The notes: generated by a model not told the origin, from the sequence alone. Counted from the first letter of the stretch, positions 10,124-21,216 are shown. The stretch is DNA of 64,000 nt from Terriglobia bacterium (GCA_963748015.1 CAVVHE010000008.1:480001-544000); one strand, 5' to 3'. Numbers and translations are program-made.

Positions 10124-13036
10124 ATGTCGGGTCGTTCCGCTGCAATCCTCCGGTTCTGCGCGGTAAACGCCGTCGCGCTCGGTGCCTGTACCTGTCTTTC
10201 AGCGCAGGGAACGGCCGTCTCCTCTCCATCCGTGACGGAGCGGGTGCGTCAGTACAGGATCCAGCACGACGTGGCGATCGTCAGGGAATTCGGCGGGCTG
10301 CTCTCGATCCCGAACGTTCAATCCGACACCGCGAACATCCGAAGGAACGCGGACCTCCTGAGAGCGATGCTCGAGCGCCGCGGGCTTCGCACCCGGCTTC
10401 TCGAGACCGACGGCGCGCCCCCGGCGGTCTATGGGGAGCTGTCGTCGCCCGGGGCGGCTCGAACCGTGGCGATCTACGCGCACTACGACGGCCAGCCGGC
10501 CGATCCCGCACTCTGGAAGAGCGAGCCCTGGAAGGCGGTGCTCCGGGACGGCCGGCTGGAGGACGGCGGCCGCGACGTCGCGCTCGAGTCGGCACCTTCG
10601 CCTCTTCCCGGCGAGTGGCGTCTCTTCGCGCGCTCGGTCAGCGACGACAAGGCGCCCATCATGGCGTTGCTGGCCGCGCTCGACGCGCTTCGGGCGAACG
10701 GGATACAGCTCTCCGTCAACCTCAAGGTCCTGCTCGAGGGCGAGGAAGAGGCCGGCTCGCCCCACCTGAAGGCCTTGTTCGAGAAGCAGAAAGACCTCCT
10801 GAAGGCCGACGTGTGGCTCCTTTGCGACGGCCCGGTTCATCAGACCCGGCGCATGCAGCTGTACTTCGGGGCGCGCGGGATCACGGATCTGGGGCTGACC
10901 GTCTACGGCCCGGCCCAGTCCCTGCACAGCGGGCACTACGGCAACTGGGCGCCGAATCCCATCTCGCTGCTCGCGGGTCTCCTGGACAGCATGCGCGACG
11001 GCGAGGGGAAGATCCTCATCCCTCATTTCCTCGACGACGTCAGGCCCCTTACCGCCTCCGAGCGGGACGCCCTGGCGGAGATCCCGGCGGTGGAGGCGCA
11101 GCTACGCCAGGAGCTCGGGCTCGCCTGGAACGAGGGCGGCGAGGAGCCCCTGGCGAAGCGCATCCTGTATCCGGCCGTCAATTTCCGGGGGATCCGGTCG
11201 GGTCACGTCGGCGACGAGACGCAGAACGCGATCCCCACCGAGGCCGTCGCCTCCCTTGATTTCCGCCTGGTGCCGGACCAGACGCCGGGCCGCGTGCGGT
11301 CACTGGTCGAGGACCACATTCGCCGCCAGGGCTTCCACATCGTTTCCGAGACGCCGTCGATGGAGACTCGCCGGGTCCATCCCAGGATCGTCAAGCTGGC
11401 GTGGGGAGCGGGCTATCCCGCCGCGCGCACCTCCATGGACCTGCCGTTGTGCAAGGCCGTGGTGCGGGTCGTCGAGGAGGCCACGGGCGGGTCCGTGATC
11501 AAGATGCCCTCCCTGGGAGGCAGCGTGCCGATGTACCTGTTCGTCGAGCGGCTCGGGACCCCGGTGATCGGTTTCCCCATCGTCAATCACGACAACGGCC
11601 AGCACGCCTCCAACGAGAACCTGCGCCTGCAGAACCTGTGGGACGGGATCGAGCTGTTCGCCTCGGTGCTGGCGCGCTTGGGGCAACCGGCGGTCGCGCA
11701 GACTGCCGGGCCCGACGTCTTCGCCTTCGTCCGCGCGCTCGACGAGACGGCATCGCGAAGCTTGTGGCCGGGGTTCAACCCATCGAGTCTTCCCATCGCG
11801 CTGTTCAACGGGGAGAACACCCTCCTGCTACGGCATCCGAGCCCTCCGCCGGAATTCTCGCCGATGCCGGGCCGTCCCGGCGTCCTGATCGCGCCGGGGC
11901 GCTACCCGGCCGTCGTGTCGAACTCGACCCGCGACATCGCCGGCGTGCGGACGGCGACGGTGATCGCGACGCCCGCGCAGTCGGTCGAGAGCACGGCCCT
12001 GGCCACCGTGGAGGAGGTCTTTCACGTCTTCTGGCTCGGCCGGCACGCGTCGTTCCGTCCCGACGAGTCGGCGCGCTACGCGTACCCCGTCAAGGACGTG
12101 GAAAACCTCCGGCGTCTGCTCGCCGAGGACGAGGCCCTCGCGCGAGCGCTCGAGGCGGCCGAAACCGGCGAGGCCGCCCGGTGGTCGGCCGCCGCGCTCG
12201 CGATCCGCAGGGAACGGGTCCCCGCCCTGACGAAGGAGGCGCTCGCCTTCGAGACCTCGCTCGAGATGATGGAGGGAACCGCCAATTACGTCGCCAGGCG
12301 CGCCGTGGGCGAGCCGTCCGCGCGAACGGCGGAGCGCCTGCGCGCCGCGAGACCGGCGGAGGGCATCCGCTGGCGCTTCTACGACACGGGCGCGGCCGTG
12401 TGCCTGCTACTGGACCGGCTGGGTCCCGGTTGGCAGGGGCGCGTGGACCAGGAGCCGGATCTCACCATCGAGGAGCTGCTTGGATCGGCCCTGCGCGGCC
12501 GCGGCGTGGAGCCCGCCGCGTTCTCGAAGTCCGAGACCGAGACCTTCACGGCGAAGGCGGCGGCCGGCGTCGCGGAGCTGGGCGACCGCCAGCAGCGGCT
12601 TCGCGCCGGGTTGCTCGCGCGCGGCGGTGGCCGTGTCGTCGTCGAGCTCGCCGAGGGGGCCGAGGCGATCCGAGTCCAGCGTTTCGATCCGATCAACCTG
12701 ATGGTGCTCGACGCGGGAGAGATCGCGCACAACCACTTCCTCTCGCTCGTCGCTCCGCAGGGCACCGTCGAGCTGACCAATCCGGGCTTCGCGCGCAACA
12801 CGTTCGGCGGCGTGGTGGGCATCACGGTTCCCGCCGGCCGCCACCCGTTGAGCGACGGAGTCCGGCAATTGACGGTCGTGGGCATCGAGGGCGCGCCGAA
12901 GCTCGGCCGCGACGGCGAGACGGTCACCCTCGAGGCGCCCGGCGTCCGCCTCGCGCTCCGCGGCGTGGAGACGCGCGTCGATGGAGACCTCGTGCGTATC
13001 ACCGTGGGGAGACCGCCCCCTAGTGGAGGCCCGTAA
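10124..13036 (+). CDS. Secreted M20/M25/M40 metallopeptidase fused to a ~450-aa C-terminal domain
   Basis: YAHYDGQP, SDDKAP, EGEEEAGSP, HSGHYG and QHASNEN motifs; the second domain starts near 11690. Confidence 0.85.
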   Translation: MSGRSAAILRFCAVNAVALGACTCLSAQGTAVSSPSVTERVRQYRIQHDVAIVREFGGLLSIPNVQSDTANIRRNADLLRAMLERRGLRTRLLETDGAPPAVYGELSSPGAARTVAIYAHYDGQPADPALWKSEPWKAVLRDGRLEDGGRDVALESAPSPLPGEWRLFARSVSDDKAPIMALLAALDALRANGIQLSVNLKVLLEGEEEAGSPHLKALFEKQKDLLKADVWLLCDGPVHQTRRMQLYFGARGITDLGLTVYGPAQSLHSGHYGNWAPNPISLLAGLLDSMRDGEGKILIPHFLDDVRPLTASERDALAEIPAVEAQLRQELGLAWNEGGEEPLAKRILYPAVNFRGIRSGHVGDETQNAIPTEAVASLDFRLVPDQTPGRVRSLVEDHIRRQGFHIVSETPSMETRRVHPRIVKLAWGAGYPAARTSMDLPLCKAVVRVVEEATGGSVIKMPSLGGSVPMYLFVERLGTPVIGFPIVNHDNGQHASNENLRLQNLWDGIELFASVLARLGQPAVAQTAGPDVFAFVRALDETASRSLWPGFNPSSLPIALFNGENTLLLRHPSPPPEFSPMPGRPGVLIAPGRYPAVVSNSTRDIAGVRTATVIATPAQSVESTALATVEEVFHVFWLGRHASFRPDESARYAYPVKDVENLRRLLAEDEALARALEAAETGEAARWSAAALAIRRERVPALTKEALAFETSLEMMEGTANYVARRAVGEPSARTAERLRAARPAEGIRWRFYDTGAAVCLLLDRLGPGWQGRVDQEPDLTIEELLGSALRGRGVEPAAFSKSETETFTAKAAAGVAELGDRQQRLRAGLLARGGGRVVVELAEGAEAIRVQRFDPINLMVLDAGEIAHNHFLSLVAPQGTVELTNPGFARNTFGGVVGITVPAGRHPLSDGVRQLTVVGIEGAPKLGRDGETVTLEAPGVRLALRGVETRVDGDLVRITVGRPPPSGGP

Positions 13037-13099
13037 AGCGCGGGCGGCGGAGGACGCGTTGGAGTATCGTCCTATGGAACGCTTCTCCGAGGAGGATCC

Positions 13100-13429
13100 A
13101 TGAGTATCAAGTCGATCACGGCGATACTGGCGGTAGCCCTGGTGGCGGGCATCGCCTTCGCTGACGGAAGCGAGGCTCCGGCCGCGGCCGCGGGCAAGAA
13201 GCACGACATGACCGTCCAGATCGTTGCGGTCGACAAGCAGTCGAAGACGATCACGATCAAGGACGACAAGGGCGCGACGAAGGCCGTCCCGGTTCTCGGG
13301 AATGCCGCGCGGAGCCTCGGGAACCTGAGAACCGGCCAGATGTACACGCTCAGCTGCCAGGACGACGAGAAGGGCGAGCATCAGGGAATCACCGCGATCA
13401 ACAAGGCGGCGAAGCCCGCCGCCAAGTAG
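13100..13429 (+). CDS. Small secreted OB-fold-like protein
   Basis: GAGGAGG RBS, signal peptide ending AFA, beta pattern IVAVDKQSKTITIK. Confidence 0.75.
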   Translation: MSIKSITAILAVALVAGIAFADGSEAPAAAAGKKHDMTVQIVAVDKQSKTITIKDDKGATKAVPVLGNAARSLGNLRTGQMYTLSCQDDEKGEHQGITAINKAAKPAAK

Positions 13430-13440
13430 AGGGCCCGCGC

Positions 13441-13680
13441 GCGCGACGTCCTCACCGTCCCTTCGAAACGGACGACGCCCCGGCCGTTCCCATCGGCGTT
13501 CGCTGCGACACCGTACGCTTCAATGCCGGTTCCGCCGGGGCTCCGCGCCCAGGCCAGGCGATCCTCCGAGTCGAGCCTCGCGACGAACGCGCCGTAGCTT
13601 CCGGACGAAGTGATGACCGCGCGGATGATGCTCGCGTCGCCGTCGCCCCGTTACCCGAGCGCGTACAGGTTCTCGGGAGA
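13441..13680 (-). pseudogene. Decayed fragment of an SBBP-type beta-propeller repeat gene
   Basis: The minus frame reads NLYALG*RGDGDASIIRAVITSSGSYGAFVARLDSEDRLAWARSPGGTGIEAYGVAANADGNGRGVVRFEGTV, with an internal TAA at 13653-13651 and no start codon. Confidence 0.6.
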
Positions 13681-13754
13681 TTCGGTTCCCCGGTTGCAAG
13701 ACCCCTGGCGATTTTCCAGAATGCCCCGACACCCGTCCCCAGGAGGCCGATGCC

Positions 13755-14465
13755 ATGGACTGGATCACCGACCCCCAGCTCTGGATCGCCCTGATCACGC
13801 TGACCTCGATGGAGATCGTGCTCGGGATCGACAACATCATCTTCATCTCGATCCTCGCCGGGAAGCTGCCGCGGGATCAGCAGGGGCGGGCGAGGGTCAT
13901 CGGCCTGGCGCTGGCCATGCTGACTCGGATCGGTCTACTCCTCTCGATCACCTGGATCATGCGATTGACCTCGCCCTTGTTCTCGGTCCTGGGCCGGGAG
14001 ATCTCCGGTCGGGATCTGATCCTCCTCGCCGGGGGCCTCTTCCTGCTCTACAAGAGCACGCACGAGATCCACGAGAAGCTCGAGGGCGACCCGGACGCGC
14101 CGGCGACCCGCGGCGCGCGCTCGTTCCTGGGCGTGATCTTCACCATCATGGTCCTGGACATCGTCTTCTCCATCGATTCGGTGGTCACCGCGGTGGGGAT
14201 GACGAACCGGGTGCCGGTCATGGTCGCGGCGATCGTCATCGCCGTTCTCGTCATGATGCTGTCCTCCAGCCCGATCAGCGACTTCGTGCACCGCCATCCC
14301 ACGATCAAGATGCTCGCGCTGAGCTTCCTGCTGCTGATCGGCGTCATGCTGGTCGCGGAAGGGCTCGGCCAGCACATCAGCAAGGGCTACATCTACTTCG
14401 CGATGGCCTTCTCGGTGTTCGTGGAGATGCTGAACCTGAGGGTGCGGAAGAGGCAGCAGGCGTGA
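13755..14465 (+). CDS. TerC family membrane protein
   Basis: MEIVLGIDN, DIVFSIDSV and KGYIYFAMAFS motifs. Confidence 0.95.
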   Translation: MDWITDPQLWIALITLTSMEIVLGIDNIIFISILAGKLPRDQQGRARVIGLALAMLTRIGLLLSITWIMRLTSPLFSVLGREISGRDLILLAGGLFLLYKSTHEIHEKLEGDPDAPATRGARSFLGVIFTIMVLDIVFSIDSVVTAVGMTNRVPVMVAAIVIAVLVMMLSSSPISDFVHRHPTIKMLALSFLLLIGVMLVAEGLGQHISKGYIYFAMAFSVFVEMLNLRVRKRQQA

Positions 14466-14529
14466 CGGCCGCCTATGCGGCAGCGGAGCACGAGCGAGCG
14501 GGCGGGAGGGAGCGCGACGGGTAGAAAGT

Positions 14530-14784
14530 CTAGGCCAGGCGGGCGCGTCGTCGCGACATGGTGACGATGATTCGGCCGCCGTGGGCGTAGGCGACGTCGT
14601 TGAGACTCAGGAACTGCCCCGGACGCCAGCGAACCAGCGCGGCTCGGCCCTCGTCGGGCATGGGGTTGACATCGACGTCGGTCCTCTGGAGCGCTGCTAC
14701 GCTGCAGAGGAAGCGATCGCGGGCTTCCTCAGTCTGGAACCGGGCGGCAGTCCACGGACCGAACTCGGCCAAGGGAACGAACAA
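14530..14784 (-). CDS. Small hypothetical protein (84 aa)
   Basis: AGGAGG RBS before TTG 14784; fills an intergenic gap; protein-like composition. Confidence 0.55.
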   Translation of the reverse strand: MFVPLAEFGPWTAARFQTEEARDRFLCSVAALQRTDVDVNPMPDEGRAALVRWRPGQFLSLNDVAYAHGGRIIVTMSRRRARLA

Positions 14785-14883
14785 GGGAGATATCCTCCTG
14801 GGTGAAGACGCAAGTCCATGGTACCACGGTTCAGGCGGATCGGATGAGGTACCATCGCGGAGACGGAAGAGAGCGAGCCGACC

Positions 14884-16026
14884 ATGAACGCCACTCGACA
14901 GCCTGACCCGCTGCAATGCCCGCACGGCGCCGACTGCGGCGCCTGCGCCATGCTCGGCGTGAGCTACGCGGACCAGCTGCGGCGCAAGCGTGAAGCTCTC
15001 CAGAAGGAGCTCGCGCGCTACGAGCGCCTGCGCAACGCGACGCTCTTGGCCTGCATGCCGTCGCCCGTCACGGCCGGCTATCGAAGCCGGGCGAAGATGG
15101 CGGTCGGAATCTCCCGGCGCGGGGAGGTCCGCGTCGGGTACTTCCGGACGGGCACGCGCGAGCTCGTGGACGCCCCGGAATGTCGCGTGCTCGTTCCGGA
15201 GCTGCTCGAGACCACCCGCCGCGTGCGCGGGTTCCTCGCCGGCGGCCGGAGGATCCCGCGCGAGCTGCGGCACCTGGATCTGCGCTGCGGCAGCGATCCC
15301 TCGCGCCAGCACCTGACGCTGGTGTTCCGGGCCGCCGTCTTTCCGGAATTCCCCCTGGACCGGCTGCGGCGGGCGTGCCCCGCGATCGACGGCATCTCGG
15401 TGAATCTCAATCCGAGCGCCGGCCCGCAGGTTCTCCGCGGCGCGATCCAGCCGGTCTGGGGTCAGCGCGAGATCTGGGTGGACTGCGCGGGTCTGCGCCT
15501 GCGCGTTTCGCCCGGGTCGTTCTTCCAGGTCAATCTCGCGCTGCTCCCGCTGATCCACCAGCGGATCGGGGAGTTCCTCGGGGGCGGCAAGGTGCTCGCC
15601 GATCTCTACGCGGGGGTGGGGACGCACGGGCTCGCGCTGCGAGGCGGCTTCGAGCGGACTTTCTTCGTCGAGGGCGTGCGCGGCGCCGTCGCGGACCTGA
15701 AGGCCACGATCCGAAGACACGACATCCCCGAGGCGGACGTCGCGTCGTCATCCCTCGAGCGCGCCCTCGCTCGATTGGGCCAGAAGGCGCCCGACGCCGT
15801 GATCCTCAACCCCTCCCGCGCCGGCGCGCACGAGTCCGTGCTGGAGGCCGTGGCCGCCACGCCGGCCGCGCGGATCGCCTACCTCTCCTGCGACCCGGCG
15901 ACGCTCTGCCGCGACCTGGACCTCCTGGAGCGAAGGGGATTCCGGACGCGGTCGGTCCAGCCGGTCGACATGATGCCCCAGACCGCCCAGGTCGAGGCGC
16001 TGGCGCTGCTGCAGCGCGCGGGCTAG
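14884..16026 (+). CDS. RlmD/TrmA-family RNA (uracil-5)-methyltransferase without TRAM domain
   Basis: [11 protein letters not shown]e-S motif, SFFQVN, DLYAGVG, NPSRAG and YLSCDPATL. Confidence 0.9.
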   Translation: MNATRQPDPLQCPHGADCGACAMLGVSYADQLRRKREALQKELARYERLRNATLLACMPSPVTAGYRSRAKMAVGISRRGEVRVGYFRTGTRELVDAPECRVLVPELLETTRRVRGFLAGGRRIPRELRHLDLRCGSDPSRQHLTLVFRAAVFPEFPLDRLRRACPAIDGISVNLNPSAGPQVLRGAIQPVWGQREIWVDCAGLRLRVSPGSFFQVNLALLPLIHQRIGEFLGGGKVLADLYAGVGTHGLALRGGFERTFFVEGVRGAVADLKATIRRHDIPEADVASSSLERALARLGQKAPDAVILNPSRAGAHESVLEAVAATPAARIAYLSCDPATLCRDLDLLERRGFRTRSVQPVDMMPQTAQVEALALLQRAG

Positions 16027-16039
16027 TCTGCCGGGAGCG

Positions 16040-17980
16040 ATGATCCACCCGAGCAGAAAGCCGTCCGGCGAAGGCCCGCTCGCCCAGCTTCCGGCCACGG
16101 CGCGCGGCCGGGCGGCGGAGCCGCTGCCGATGTCGCTCCCGGAGATGAAGCGGCGCGGCTGGGACGAAGCGGACGTGGTCTTCGTGACCGGCGACGCCTA
16201 CGTCGATCATCCGAGCTTCGCGATGGCGATCCTCGGGCGCGTGCTGGAAGCGGCCGGCTTTCGCGTCGGCATCGTGTCGCAACCGGACTGGCGGTCCTGC
16301 GCCGACTGGCGGCGCTTCGGCCGGCCGCGGCTGTTCTTCGCCGTCAGCGCCGGCAACATGGACTCGATGATCAACCACTACACCGCCAACCGGAAGGTGC
16401 GCAACGACGACGCGTACTCGCCCGGCGGGCAGATCGGCCTGCGGCCCGACCGCGCGACGCTCTCGTACTGCCAGCGGGCCCGCGAGGCGTACCCGGGGGT
16501 GCCCGTGATCGCGGGGGGCGTCGAGGCGTCGCTGCGTCGCCTGGCGCACTACGACTACTGGAGCGACAAGGTCCGGCGCTCGATCCTCCTCGACTGCAAG
16601 GCCGATCTCGTGGTGTTCGGCATGGGAGAGGAGGGGATCGTCGAGATCGCCCGCCGATTGAGCGCGGGGGAGGCGGTGCGCGACCTGCGCGACATGCGCG
16701 GCGTGGCCTACGCGCTCGGCGCGTCCGAGTCGCCTCCCGACGATGTCCTGGTGCTGCCCAGCTTCGAGCGGGTGCGCGACGACAAGCCCGCGTTCGCCGA
16801 AGCGACCAGGGTCATCCACAACGAGACGAACCCCCACAACGCCCGGCGGCTGGTGCAGTGGCACGGACGGCAGGCGGTCGTCTGCAACCCGCCGCCGCTG
16901 CCGATCTCGATGGCGGCGATGGACGGGATCTACGGGCTGCCCTACACGCGCCGGCCGCATCCGGGCTACACCGCGCCGATTCCCGCCTTCGAGATGATCA
17001 AGGACTCGGTCACGATCATGCGGGGCTGCTTCGGCGGCTGCACGTTCTGCTCGATCACCGCGCACCAGGGGCGCATCATCCAGTCGCGCAGCAAGGAGTC
17101 GATCCTCGAGGAGGTCCGCGGGATGGCCGCGGACCCGAAGTTCAAGGGGATCGTCAGCGACATCGGCGGCCCGACGGCCAACATGTACCGGATGCGATGC
17201 ACGCGCCCGGAAGTCGAGGCGGTCTGCCGGCGCCAGTCCTGCGTGCACCCGACGATCTGCAAGCTCCTCGGCACCGACCACGATCCGCTGATCGAGATCA
17301 TGAAGGAGGCCCGGGAGACGCCGGGGGTCAAGAAGGTGCTGGTGGCCAGCGGCATCCGCATGGACCTGGCGCAACGCTCGCCGCGCTACATGCGCGAGCT
17401 GGCGAGGCATCACGTCGGCGGCCACCTGAAGGTCGCGCCCGAGCACACCGACCCGGGCGTGCTGGCCCTCATGCGCAAGCCGGGCGGCGACGACTTCGAG
17501 AGGTTCGCGGAGACGTTCACGGAAGAATCGAGGAAGGCCGGCAAGGAGCAGTACCTCGTGCCCTACTTCATCGCCAGCCATCCCGGCAGCGACCTCGACG
17601 CCATGATCGACCTCGCCGTGTTCCTGAAGCGCAACGGCTACCGGCCCGACCAGGTGCAGGACTTCATTCCGGCCCCGTTCGACGTCGCCACGGCGATGTA
17701 CTACACGGGGATCGATCCGTTCACCAAGAAGCCCGTCTTCGTCGCGCGCCACCTCGGCGATCGCAAGCTGCAGCGCGCGCTGATGCAGTTCTTCAAGCCC
17801 GAGAACTACTTCGAGGTTCGCAAGGCTCTGCTCCGGGCGGGACGCGCCGACCTGATCGGCCGGCATTGCGACGCGCTGATCCCCCCCGTGGCCCCGCGCG
17901 AGGCGATCCTGCGCCGCCGCGAGGAAGCCGGCGCGCGGGGGCCCAAGTTCCGTCCGTCTCCGAATGGGGATGAAACCTAG
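16040..17980 (+). CDS. ygiQ: YgiQ family (UPF0313) radical SAM protein
   Basis: [31 protein letters not shown] and LKVAPEH motifs. Confidence 0.93.
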   Translation: MIHPSRKPSGEGPLAQLPATARGRAAEPLPMSLPEMKRRGWDEADVVFVTGDAYVDHPSFAMAILGRVLEAAGFRVGIVSQPDWRSCADWRRFGRPRLFFAVSAGNMDSMINHYTANRKVRNDDAYSPGGQIGLRPDRATLSYCQRAREAYPGVPVIAGGVEASLRRLAHYDYWSDKVRRSILLDCKADLVVFGMGEEGIVEIARRLSAGEAVRDLRDMRGVAYALGASESPPDDVLVLPSFERVRDDKPAFAEATRVIHNETNPHNARRLVQWHGRQAVVCNPPPLPISMAAMDGIYGLPYTRRPHPGYTAPIPAFEMIKDSVTIMRGCFGGCTFCSITAHQGRIIQSRSKESILEEVRGMAADPKFKGIVSDIGGPTANMYRMRCTRPEVEAVCRRQSCVHPTICKLLGTDHDPLIEIMKEARETPGVKKVLVASGIRMDLAQRSPRYMRELARHHVGGHLKVAPEHTDPGVLALMRKPGGDDFERFAETFTEESRKAGKEQYLVPYFIASHPGSDLDAMIDLAVFLKRNGYRPDQVQDFIPAPFDVATAMYYTGIDPFTKKPVFVARHLGDRKLQRALMQFFKPENYFEVRKALLRAGRADLIGRHCDALIPPVAPREAILRRREEAGARGPKFRPSPNGDET

Positions 17981-18006
17981 CCTCGTCTGTGGAATCATAG
18001 GAGGGC

Positions 18007-19461
18007 ATGACGGATCTTCCGAAGATCATCCAGGGCGGCATGGGTGTCGGCATCTCGAACTGGCGGCTGGCACGGACCGTCGCCCGTCTGGGTCATCTGG
18101 GAGTCGTCTCCGGCACGGCGCTCGATCACGTCCTGGCCCGGCGCCTCCAGGATGGCGACGTCGGCGGCCACATGCGCCGCGCCATCGATGCCTTTCCGTT
18201 CCGCGCCATGGCCGAGCGCGTGTGGAACGCCTACTACATCCCCGGCGGCAAGGCGCCCGGCGCTCCGTACATGCGCCTGCCGTTTCACGGCCTGGAGTGC
18301 CCGCGACCGCTGGCCGAGGCCGGCATCGTCGGCAACTTCGTCGAGGTGTTCCTCGCCCGCGAGGGTCATGCGAACCCGGTGGGGATCAACTACCTCGAGA
18401 AGATCCAGCCGCCCCACGTCATCGCCATCTACGGCGCGATGCTCGCCGGGGTCGCCTACGTCCTGATGGGAGCCGGCATTCCGCTGAAGATCCCGGGGGT
18501 CCTCGACGCGTACGTCGACCACCAACCCGCCACGTATCCGCTTTACGTCGCCGGCTCGCAGGAAGGCGACGACGTCACCATGCACTTCACACCGCGCGAC
18601 TTCATGGAGGGCGACCTGCCCCCGCTCGTGCGGCCGCGCTTTCTGCCGATCATCGCGTCGAACACCCTGGCCTCCACGATGGTGAAGAAGGCCAACGGGA
18701 AAGTCGACGGGTTCATCGTCGAGGGTCCCACCGCCGGCGGCCACAACGCTCCGCCGCGCGGCAAGCCCGCGCTCAGCGAGCAGGGCGAGCCCGTCTACGG
18801 CGAGCGCGACGTGGTGGATCTCGCGAAGTTGCGCGAGCTCGGCCTGCCGTTCTGGCTCGCCGGCGGTTTCGGCGAGGCCGACGAGCTGCGGGAGGCCCTG
18901 GAGGCCGGGGCCGCCGGCGTGCAGGTCGGCACCGCCTTCGCGTACTGCGTCGAGTCCGGGCTGCGCGAGGACTACAAGCAGGCCGTGCTGGAGAAGGTCG
19001 TCAGGGGCGAGGCTCGGGTCTTCACCGACCCGCTGGCCTCTCCCTCCGGTTTCCCCTTCAAGGTCGTCCAGCTCGAGGGCACGGTCTCGGAAAGCGCCGT
19101 TCGTCTCGCCCGGCCCCGCGTCTGCGACTGCGGCTACCTTCGCGAAGCCTACCGCACGCCCGACGGGCGGATCGACTTCCGCTGTCCTGCCGAGCCCGTC
19201 GCCGCGTACGTCGCGAAGGGCGGCAAGGTGGAAGACACCGTCGGCCGCGCGTGCATCTGCAACGGGCTCGTGGCGACGGCGGGCGCGCCCCAGACCCGCG
19301 CCCAGGGAAAGTTCGTGGAGCCCGGCATCGTGACGTCCGGCGACGACCTGGCCGGTCTCTCCCGCTTCATGCGGCCCGGCTCGACCTCGTACACCGCCGC
19401 CGACGTGATCCGCGTCCTCCTGGGAACGGGGAATCCCAGCCCGACACCCGCAACCACCTGA
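18007..19461 (+). CDS. Nitronate monooxygenase-like flavoprotein
   Basis: IIQGGMGVG, VEGPTAGGH, GVQVGTAF and SPSGFPFK motifs. Confidence 0.88.
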   Translation: MTDLPKIIQGGMGVGISNWRLARTVARLGHLGVVSGTALDHVLARRLQDGDVGGHMRRAIDAFPFRAMAERVWNAYYIPGGKAPGAPYMRLPFHGLECPRPLAEAGIVGNFVEVFLAREGHANPVGINYLEKIQPPHVIAIYGAMLAGVAYVLMGAGIPLKIPGVLDAYVDHQPATYPLYVAGSQEGDDVTMHFTPRDFMEGDLPPLVRPRFLPIIASNTLASTMVKKANGKVDGFIVEGPTAGGHNAPPRGKPALSEQGEPVYGERDVVDLAKLRELGLPFWLAGGFGEADELREALEAGAAGVQVGTAFAYCVESGLREDYKQAVLEKVVRGEARVFTDPLASPSGFPFKVVQLEGTVSESAVRLARPRVCDCGYLREAYRTPDGRIDFRCPAEPVAAYVAKGGKVEDTVGRACICNGLVATAGAPQTRAQGKFVEPGIVTSGDDLAGLSRFMRPGSTSYTAADVIRVLLGTGNPSPTPATT

Positions 19462-19570
19462 GGTGACAGCCTCGGCGAGAAGTTGTTTGCCCGAGTGCCA
19501 ATCCGCTATCCGCGGCGGAGCGAGATCGAGGGCGCCCTTCCATCCCGCCATCGGTTAGACTCGTACCCGT

Positions 19571-20185
19571 ATGCCCGAGCCGCCTCGCCGCCGCCGCGCC
19601 GGAGAGCGCGTAGACGATTGGTGCCGCGCTTGCAAGGCGACGCGCGCCCACACGATCGTCGCGGTGGAGATGGACGGCACGATCTCGCAGGTCCTGTGCG
19701 GGTTCTGCGGCAGCCGGCACCGTTTCCGCGGCGGGCCCCCGAGGCCCGACCGTCCCGCCGAGTTCCCCGCGGCGCCCGTTCAGCCCGCAGTCGCGGCGCT
19801 CGTCTCCGATCGTGAAAGGAGCCTTCCCGTGAGCGATTCCTCCGCGGACCTCGAGATGATGCTGCGGCGCGTGATCCGCGAGGAGACCGGGCTGACGCCG
19901 GTCGCGCTCGCCGAGAAGTGGCGAGGCGGGGATCTCGTGCTCCGCCCGGGCGCGCCTGGTCTCAAGGAACAGAGCTGGCCAATCGACTCGTTCTTCCACA
20001 AGGTGGTGATGCTGCGCAACCGGCTGCGCGTTCTCGAGCAGCAGGTCAACGGCCTCGAGGTCCCCGAGGACGTCAAGGTGAAGCTGCAGAGCTACATCAC
20101 CGGTTGCTACGGATCGCTGACCAGCTTCAACGTCCTGTTCGCGGATCCGGACGACCGCTTCCGCGGATCGGGCGGGGGCGAGTAG
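19571..20185 (+). CDS. Hypothetical protein with N-terminal zinc ribbon
   Basis: CRAC-x5-H and CGFC-x3-H; helical C-terminal domain FFHKVVMLRNRLRVLEQ. Confidence 0.75.
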   Translation: MPEPPRRRRAGERVDDWCRACKATRAHTIVAVEMDGTISQVLCGFCGSRHRFRGGPPRPDRPAEFPAAPVQPAVAALVSDRERSLPVSDSSADLEMMLRRVIREETGLTPVALAEKWRGGDLVLRPGAPGLKEQSWPIDSFFHKVVMLRNRLRVLEQQVNGLEVPEDVKVKLQSYITGCYGSLTSFNVLFADPDDRFRGSGGGE

Positions 20186-20190
20186 CCCGA

Positions 20191-21216
20191 CTATTGCAGC
20201 TTCTTGGCCCGCTCGATGCCCTTCGAGGCGCGGTCGTCCTTCGGGAAACGCTTCGCGAACTCCTCGTACTGGGCCGCGGCGGCCTTGCGGTCTCCGAGCG
20301 CCTCGAGGCACTCCGCCATCCCCCAGCGCGAGTTCACCGCGGACGGATTGGCGGCGAGCACTTTCGCGTAGAGGTCCGCGGCCTCGCGGTGCCGCTTGAG
20401 GGCGCGGTAGGCCTCGGCACGGAAGAACGCGGGCGCCGTGTCGTCAGGCTTCGCGATCCGGTCGTAGCGGTCCAGAACGGGGAGCGATGCGGCGGGATCT
20501 TCCTTCTGATTGATCAGGGTCCAGGCGTACGAGGAGAGCGCGGCCGCCGGGTTGGCCCCCTCGCCGCCCGCGGTCTCCGCGGCCTGGAACTGGCGCGACA
20601 TCTCGGCCCAGTCCTTGTCCTTCGCGGCGAGCCGGGCGAGGACCATTCTGCCCTGGAACGCTCCGCGGCCGCCGGGAAGCGCAAGGAGAGCGGCGGCCTC
20701 CGCGCGCGCCTTCTCCATGCTCCCCCCGGCGATCCCCGGGGCCCCGGAGAAAAACTGCGCGAGCGCCACGTGGGCGTCGACGTAGTTCGGATCGAGGCGA
20801 ACCGCCTCGGCGTACGCGTCGCGCCCCTTCCTCGCGGACGACAGCTTGGACAGCGTGCCCAGCTCGTCGATTCCGTTGAAGATGGAGTTCCCGTACCAGA
20901 ACTGGTACTCCGGCCGGGACGGTTCGAGAGCGACGACCTTCTCCATCACCGCCCGCATCGTCTTCCAATTCCGCTCGACCCGGTTCACCATCGCCTCGAC
21001 GAAGAGCCAGGGCGCCTGTCCGCGCTCGGCGGACGCGAGCGACGAGAGCGCGTTCTTCGCGGCGCCGACGGCGTCGGTCAAGGCGGGGGAGGGAGGACCG
21101 GCGAGGATTTTCGCCATTGCGGCCGCGTCCGGCGAGGCAGCGCCCGGACTCGCCGCCCAGGCGACGAGCGAAACGCAAAGCGCCAGCACGGCCGGCAAGA
21201 TCGCACGTTTGAACAT
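20191..21216 (-). CDS. Secreted tetratricopeptide-repeat protein
   Basis: Signal peptide after ATG 21216; TPR-like helices; APGIAGGS motif. Confidence 0.8.
   Translation of the reverse strand: MFKRAILPAVLALCVSLVAWAASPGAASPDAAAMAKILAGPPSPALTDAVGAAKNALSSLASAERGQAPWLFVEAMVNRVERNWKTMRAVMEKVVALEPSRPEYQFWYGNSIFNGIDELGTLSKLSSARKGRDAYAEAVRLDPNYVDAHVALAQFFSGAPGIAGGSMEKARAEAAALLALPGGRGAFQGRMVLARLAAKDKDWAEMSRQFQAAETAGGEGANPAAALSSYAWTLINQKEDPAASLPVLDRYDRIAKPDDTAPAFFRAEAYRALKRHREAADLYAKVLAANPSAVNSRWGMAECLEALGDRKAAAAQYEEFAKRFPKDDRASKGIERAKKLQ

Noticed and set aside
13600..13754. yybP-ykoY manganese riboswitch expected upstream of terC
   Set aside because: I could not find its conserved motifs; most of the region is explained by a pseudogene fragment.
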